Shown here: positions 19,679 through 25,034 of the stretch, piece by piece
How the letters are laid out: every line of letters begins with the position of its first letter
How positions within the stretch are numbered: position 1 is the stretch's first letter
Source: Coleofasciculus chthonoplastes F2-STO-03
Lineage (GTDB): Bacteria; Cyanobacteriota; Cyanobacteriia; Cyanobacteriales; Coleofasciculaceae
Reading direction: 5' to 3'
Length of the DNA stretch: 25,034 nucleotides
Assembly: GCA_040222015.1 (NCBI GenBank)
Contig: JAVJWO010000101.1
Span: 1 to 25,034 of the forward strand
Made by a program: the position numbers and the translations under genes
The notes under the pieces: generated by a model
The model's database searches: none
Seen by the model: the letters and a program-made list of their open reading frames with translations, nothing else
What the model was told of the DNA's origin: nothing

Positions 19679-22600
19679 CTAGCTCTCGGCTGTAACCACG
19701 CGATCGCGCCCTTGAGTTTTAGCTTGATACAGTGCCCGATCTGCTGCTGCAATTAATTCCTGTGCCGTGGAACCATGTTCTGCAAACGCCGCTACACCTA
19801 CAGAAATCGCGATCACGTCTAAGGGTTGATAGTGATACTCGATCTGCAACGTTTTAACATCTTGACGAATTTGTTCTGCCCGTTGTTGGGTATCAGCGAG
19901 TGAAGCATCGGGCAAAATTAGCATTAATTCCTCACCCCCATAACGGCAGGCGATATCCGACGCCCGCACATTTTTTTGCAAAAATATGCCTAATTCTCGT
20001 AACACAATATCTCCCGCTTCATGACCAAAGGTATCGTTAAAATGCTTAAAATGATCAATATCTAACATAATGATCCCCATCGGTCGCTGATGACGCTGCG
20101 CTCGATGAATTTCCCGCTCTAAAGACTCTTCCATGTAACGCCGATTAAATAGCCCAGTCAGTGCATCTCGAATACTTTGTTGAGACAACGTTTCCCGTAA
20201 TTTCAAATTCGCTAATGACAGGGCTAAATGTTCCGCCACTGTTAAAGCTAACCGTTGTTTTGCCTCAGCCAATTGTCCCGGCTGGGGTGAACTAATATAT
20301 AAAATGCCTAACGCTTTTCCCTGTGCCATCATCGGCACACAAAAAGATTCTAAGGGAGAACTATCTGAATGAATATGAGGACAGCGTAAACCGGATTGTG
20401 GCTGGGTTACCCAATGGGGGCGTCCCCGACGTAATGCCCAACACGCTTTCGGTGAAAACAGTGTCTGACTCGCCAAAACGGTTCCCCAGGTTGCCATAGC
20501 TTCTACCCAATTTTCCGACGGATTAATCGCGAAGACTCCACCGGAACTCCCTGGAAATAAAGGAGCCACTAATGTCGCGATCGCCTGATATGCCTCATCA
20601 ACCGTTAAACAGGCTTGGAGAAAGTCACTCAAGTTGCCAAGCAACACCATTTCTCGGTTGCGGCTTCCCAGTTCATTCACCCGCCCTGTCAGTTGCTCAT
20701 TTAGGTGCTGTAAATCCGCTTGTGCTTGTTTGCGATCGCTGATATCTTGCACTACGCCAATATAAGATTTCGGTTCACCCTGACTATTGCGGATCAGTGA
20801 CCCACTTAAATTCACCCAAACCTCAGCTCCATCTTTACGAAGATACCGTTTTTCACGAGAGAAGGTATCAATTTCCCCTGCCAATAACTGCTCCAAGCAA
20901 CTGAGTTCTTGCTCAACATCATCGGGGTGAGTAATATCTTTGCAGGTTTTGTTTCGCAATTCCTCGGCACTATACTTGACGACATCAGTAAACTTTTGGT
21001 TAACCCAGAGAAAATGACCCGATAACGTGGCTTGTAAAATTCCTACAGATACCTGATTAAACAGACTCCGGAAACGTTTCTCACTCTCTCGCAAGGCTTC
21101 CTCAGCCTGTTTGCGCTCCGTAATATCTCGATTACTGGCTCGTACCCCCAACAAACGCCCCTCAGCACTGTGTACAGATTGGCAAATATGAGAGATCCAA
21201 CGCAGCTCTCCGGTTTTAGTTAGGATGCGAAAATCAATTCCTGACACCCTCTGAGTTACCGCCGTGGCACACCCATGTTGGACAAATTTGTCTTGATCCT
21301 CTGGATAGATAATCGACTCTAATAAACTGGCATCCTGGATAAACTCATCGGCACAATACCCGGTAATCCGTTCACAGGAAGGAGACACATAGAGAAACTT
21401 ACCTTCCGGGTTCAGCCAATATTCCCAGTCATACGTAAAGTTAGCAACAGTCCGAAATCGTTCTTCACTTTGTCGCAGTTCCTCCTCTGCTTTTACTCGC
21501 TCGGTGACATTATCGATCGCAAATACGACACCCTTTAACTGACCCGCTTGGTTAAATAAAGATGTTCCGTTAATTGCTAGTAATACTCGACGCCCATCAT
21601 CTCGTTCAATGGTATAGCGCAAGTCATTAACAGTCTGAGCCTTTTTTACCAAATTCCAGAACGGTAACTGTTTATCCCAAATTGAATTCCTTAACTCATC
21701 CTGATGATGCCCAGTCAGCTTATCTTGATCATCTGGGTGAATGTCTTCTGACTGCAAACCTAAAATCTGTTCCGCCTGATGGTTAATCAGCATAATTTGT
21801 CCCTGAGGATTCACCCAAATAATCCCTACAGGACTGGTTTCCATAACACGGGATAATAGATCAAACTCTTGCTGTAATGACGCTTCTATCCCTTCACGTT
21901 CCTGAATTTCCTGTTGAAGTTGAGCTGTGCGCTGTTGTACCCGACTTTCCAGTTCTTGATTTAACTGACATAATTTAGCTTCGGCTTGTTCACGAGCAAT
22001 TTGGGTGCGTAACCCCTCAATACCAGAGGCTAAATCATTCGCTAATTCTTTCAATAGCTGCACCTCTTCTGGCACAAATGAACCGGAGTTCACCGCGTAG
22101 ATTGTCAGCACACCCAATGGTTGATCTTTCACCTGTAACGGCAGACTAATCAACGCCCCATACCCTTGCTGTAAAGCGTGCGATCGCCAGGATGTAAACT
22201 TCGGATCAGTCTGAATATGGCGACAAACGATTGGTTGTCCAGTTTGCAAAACCCGATCAACCGGAGATTGACCTGAGAATGGCTTAAACTCAGGCATAAC
22301 CCACTGTTCTAGAGACTGGTTATTCTCAGACTCTTCTGCCTTCAAAACTGCTGCAAACCCAGCCACAGGTTGTACGGCTTGTCCCGTATCCTCAGTTGCC
22401 AAGCCAATCCAAGCACCCCGATACCTGCCTACCTCCACAATCAGCCGACAAATTTTCTGGAATAACTCAGATTCCTGGGTGGCACTCATCAATATTCGGT
22501 GGGATTCACTGAGGGTTTTGAGAATACAGTTTAAAGTTTGCAGAATCCCTTGCGTTTGTTGGCACTCCCTCAGTTCCATGGGGGTCACTTGATCCCAGAA

Positions 22601-23797
22601 GTTACCGATTTCACCGTCTGCGTTTTGAGTAACCAGAGGTGTCATGGCGTATCTGTAGGGGCGGGTTTTACTATTATCGTTTTTTGTTACCCTTATATAA
22701 CTAAACTCACCCCCAGCTTCCCCAGCTTCCCCAGCTCCCCCAGCTTCCCTATCTCCCCCAGCTTCCCCAGCTCCCCCAGCTTCCCCAGCTTCCCTATCTC
22801 CCTCATCGCTATTGTGTCGCAGATGCCGATTTTCAGCTTGGAGTGAGGCAATGATTTGACCCTGTTGACTCAGTTGCTGCTGTAAGTCTTGAATAACGCC
22901 ATACAACTGTTTTGGGTCAAGGGTTTGTAGGATAATGGTTTGAGTAATCATACCCAACAGTTCTCCTTGATGACTACAGACTCCTAATTGCTGCACTCGC
23001 CACTGTTGCATTTTCTGATGAGCTGTCCATAACGACTCTTCTGGACTCACAGACAATAGGGGAAAACTCATTAGTGTATAAGCCGGCAAGTTTAAATCGA
23101 GTTCCAATGCCTGAAATTGGACAATATCTCGTTTAGTAATGATACCAATGGGGAATAAAAATGGTCTTGAATCGACTGGATTTGACGACACTATTCGCTC
23201 ATAAATGCTGTTTTCCCGTTGTTCTGCAATGACTACATAATTAACTCTATCCTCTGCCATGCGTTGCGCCACAGTTAGCACAGAGGTTGTGGGGGAAACG
23301 TCAATAACTTCGCGTGTTAGCAATTCTGCTACTCGACGGCTTTTCAACAGTTCAGTTGATGGCATAAGGTGATGCAGACTCTCAGGTGTGATAACTCCTA
23401 CCAATTGATTTTCATCATTGACAACGGGTAAGTGACGAATATCATGGCACTCGAATAAATTCAGCATTTTCAAACCATCCCGCAACTCGGATTGCTTCAG
23501 CGTAATCACTTGCTGAGTCATCACTTCAGCAACATGAATATTTTCTAAGGTGCTTTCCGCTGCGACAATTTGAACCAAATCCCGCGACGTTATCATTCCC
23601 ACTAACTGCTCGTCTTGTATGACTAAGACACAGTTCCCACCCATTCCCTTACCATGACTTGAACCCAACAATCCTGTCCTATCGGGGAATGGACAGGCGT
23701 GGGTTTCTGGATTTAGGAGTGCGATGACATCGCTCAGACAGGTGTCTGGTGTAACCGTTAGCGGATAGCGTTCAATCGCAGACGTTAAGGTGATCAT
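19679..23797 (-). CDS. Diguanylate cyclase: 4 CBS, coiled coil, GAF, 3 PAS, GAF, GGDEF
   Basis: CBS motifs (LVGMITSRDL, IRHLPVV...LVGVIT); PAS (YVSPSCERITGY, DITERK, THPDD); RDALTGLFNRR, DIDHFK..ND..GH..GD, RASD I-site, CRYGGEEL, ADRALYQAK. Confidence 0.95.
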   Translation of the reverse strand: MITLTSAIERYPLTVTPDTCLSDVIALLNPETHACPFPDRTGLLGSSHGKGMGGNCVLVIQDEQLVGMITSRDLVQIVAAESTLENIHVAEVMTQQVITLKQSELRDGLKMLNLFECHDIRHLPVVNDENQLVGVITPESLHHLMPSTELLKSRRVAELLTREVIDVSPTTSVLTVAQRMAEDRVNYVVIAEQRENSIYERIVSSNPVDSRPFLFPIGIITKRDIVQFQALELDLNLPAYTLMSFPLLSVSPEESLWTAHQKMQQWRVQQLGVCSHQGELLGMITQTIILQTLDPKQLYGVIQDLQQQLSQQGQIIASLQAENRHLRHNSDEGDREAGEAGGAGEAGGDREAGGAGEAGEAGGEFSYIRVTKNDNSKTRPYRYAMTPLVTQNADGEIGNFWDQVTPMELRECQQTQGILQTLNCILKTLSESHRILMSATQESELFQKICRLIVEVGRYRGAWIGLATEDTGQAVQPVAGFAAVLKAEESENNQSLEQWVMPEFKPFSGQSPVDRVLQTGQPIVCRHIQTDPKFTSWRSHALQQGYGALISLPLQVKDQPLGVLTIYAVNSGSFVPEEVQLLKELANDLASGIEGLRTQIAREQAEAKLCQLNQELESRVQQRTAQLQQEIQEREGIEASLQQEFDLLSRVMETSPVGIIWVNPQGQIMLINHQAEQILGLQSEDIHPDDQDKLTGHHQDELRNSIWDKQLPFWNLVKKAQTVNDLRYTIERDDGRRVLLAINGTSLFNQAGQLKGVVFAIDNVTERVKAEEELRQSEERFRTVANFTYDWEYWLNPEGKFLYVSPSCERITGYCADEFIQDASLLESIIYPEDQDKFVQHGCATAVTQRVSGIDFRILTKTGELRWISHICQSVHSAEGRLLGVRASNRDITERKQAEEALRESEKRFRSLFNQVSVGILQATLSGHFLWVNQKFTDVVKYSAEELRNKTCKDITHPDDVEQELSCLEQLLAGEIDTFSREKRYLRKDGAEVWVNLSGSLIRNSQGEPKSYIGVVQDISDRKQAQADLQHLNEQLTGRVNELGSRNREMVLLGNLSDFLQACLTVDEAYQAIATLVAPLFPGSSGGVFAINPSENWVEAMATWGTVLASQTLFSPKACWALRRGRPHWVTQPQSGLRCPHIHSDSSPLESFCVPMMAQGKALGILYISSPQPGQLAEAKQRLALTVAEHLALSLANLKLRETLSQQSIRDALTGLFNRRYMEESLEREIHRAQRHQRPMGIIMLDIDHFKHFNDTFGHEAGDIVLRELGIFLQKNVRASDIACRYGGEELMLILPDASLADTQQRAEQIRQDVKTLQIEYHYQPLDVIAISVGVAAFAEHGSTAQELIAAADRALYQAKTQGRDRVVTAES
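22655..22803. repeat. REP-like doublet plus 9-bp tandem repeats inside the DGC reading frame
   Basis: GTAGGGGCGGGTTTTAC...AACTAAACTCACCCC (22655-22714), followed by repeated CCCAGCTTC/CCCAGCTCC/CCTATCTCC units. Confidence 0.9.
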
Positions 23798-24085
23798 TTT
23801 TCATTTGTTATTAGTCATTTGTTATGAGTCATTAGCCCTGGTGTGGACTAGGATGGCTTAAATTATTAAATGTCAAGCTACTTGATCGGGGATTGATCAA
23901 GGGAATACGTCACCTAGATGACTCAAGGAATTATGGGGAATGGGTGATGACCTGGAAAAAAATAGGCGGTAGTTCTCTAATGTTGCTTGATATTCGCCAT
24001 GATGTTGATATACCTGTTACAGAAATTCAGCTATTTCAACTGATTTGATTCAATTCTTAAAACAACACCAGGATTTTTCGTTACA

Positions 24086-24763
24086 TTAGAACAATCGCTC
24101 TATTTCTAACTCAGATGCCACTTGAGCCAGTTTGCTCAGATCAGTGGGATCAGCTAAGTGGGGCAGGATACCTAAAATGGGAACCTGTGTCAGTGACTGA
24201 ATCAACTCAATGGGAGTCCAATCAGCAATGTCTTCTGCTGAACGAGGCTGAACGCAATTGAGGACAATTCCTTTCAGGAGAACGCCCGACTGACGGGCTA
24301 AGGCGACAGTTGCTACGGTTTGTGCGATCGCGCCCAGTTCCACAGGCACTACCACTACGCTGGGTAATTTCCAATCTCTGGCAATATCTGCCACGGTTAA
24401 CTCATGGGTTACAGGTGAACCCAGTCCCCCTAGTCCTTCTACTAACACAACATCCCGTTGCTGCTGGAGGCGATTTAATGCCTGCCAGACTACTTTTAAT
24501 TCTATCCGTCTTCCTTCCCGTTCTGCTGCCACGGGTGGAGCAACAGGGTGGTTAAATTTTAATGGGGTAATGTCTTGAGGGGTTTGATCCAAGTTGAATT
24601 GCTGGTGATAATGTTCCCAATCCCCGGTTCCCGTTTGAATCGGTTTAAAAATTCCCAGACGTTTTTGCGGATAATAGGTTTGCCAATAAGCGGCGAGAGC
24701 CGTGGTTAATACCGTTTTACCCGCATCGGTATTTGTACCCGTAATTAGTAATGTTTGGGTCAT
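24086..24763 (-). CDS. bioD: Dethiobiotin synthase
   Basis: LLITGTNTDAGKT P-loop, FKPIQTG, PVAPPVAA, VLVEGLGGLGSP, LGAI, GIVLN. Confidence 0.96.
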   Translation of the reverse strand: MTQTLLITGTNTDAGKTVLTTALAAYWQTYYPQKRLGIFKPIQTGTGDWEHYHQQFNLDQTPQDITPLKFNHPVAPPVAAEREGRRIELKVVWQALNRLQQQRDVVLVEGLGGLGSPVTHELTVADIARDWKLPSVVVVPVELGAIAQTVATVALARQSGVLLKGIVLNCVQPRSAEDIADWTPIELIQSLTQVPILGILPHLADPTDLSKLAQVASELEIERLF

Positions 24764-24780
24764 TGGTCATTGGTCATTGG
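24760..24780. repeat. STRR-like heptamer tandem repeat
   Basis: (TCATTGG)x3 at the bioD start. A similar TCATTTG/TCATTAG run lies at ~23801-23835, upstream of the DGC. Confidence 0.8.
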
Positions 24781-24859
24781 TTTGAATTGGATCTAAGGGT
24801 TAGAAGCTGTTTGCTATTTTCTGGACACATCTAGACATTTCTTCCCGTTTGGGTACTTT

Positions 24860-25033
24860 TCACGCATAGCTGTAGCCGTCCTTTCGATGAATGGGTTTTT
24901 CTACATATTCTAGTTTGATGCCAATCCGTTTTTTGCCAGTTGTCGGATAGATCTCACCTCTGCCGTTGCTGTATGGGCAAAGTCGAGCAACATAAGTTCC
25001 TGTGTTCACACCTTTTGGGATGACCGTTTTCAC
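24860..25033 (-). CDS. iscB: 3' end of an IscB/IsrB-like (RRXRR, IS200/IS605 OMEGA) protein; partial, not in the ORF track
   Basis: My translation: VKTVIPKGVNTGTYVARLCPYSNGRGEIYPTTGKKRIGIKLEYVEKPIHRKDGYSYA*. It matches the IscB C-terminal pattern VK..(V/I)P.G...GTY..R...IHR.DGYSY. Confidence 0.75.
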   Translation of the reverse strand: MKTVIPKGVNTGTYVARLCPYSNGRGEIYPTTGKKRIGIKLEYVEKPIHRKDGYSYA

Positions 25034-25034
25034 G

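Overview
A cyanobacterial chromosomal window: I count about 24 HIP1 octamers (GCGATCGC), plus STRR-like short tandem repeats and GTAG-type REP-like palindromes. A filamentous lineage is likely, but that is inference. Left to right: (1) the right end of a TnpB-type IS200/IS605 element that has clipped the 3' end of a Vat/CatB-type acetyltransferase; (2) a multidomain peptidoglycan hydrolase (M15 peptidase, PG-binding, TftA-like amidase and glucosaminidase); (3) a 210-bp-period REP mosaic array; (4) two paralogous ~65-aa membrane proteins; (5) a signal peptidase I homologue; (6) a CyaB1-like GAF-GAF-PAS-adenylate cyclase homologue; (7) a Tat-exported aldo/keto reductase, a lipoprotein and a DUF427 protein; (8) an XRE regulator divergent from two small hypothetical genes; (9) a 2043-aa haemagglutinin-CHAT exoprotein; (10) an M20 amidohydrolase, a CBS/GAF/PAS diguanylate cyclase and bioD; (11) the 3' end of an iscB-like gene at the right edge. 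The most striking pattern is that three neighbouring co-oriented, full-length genes (847-8715) each carry substitutions at canonical catalytic residues: the amidase and GH73 domains, the SPase Ser/Lys dyad, and the cyclase Lys/Thr/Arg. This could be a cluster of envelope/signalling pseudoenzymes. All calls come from motifs read by eye; no searches were run.
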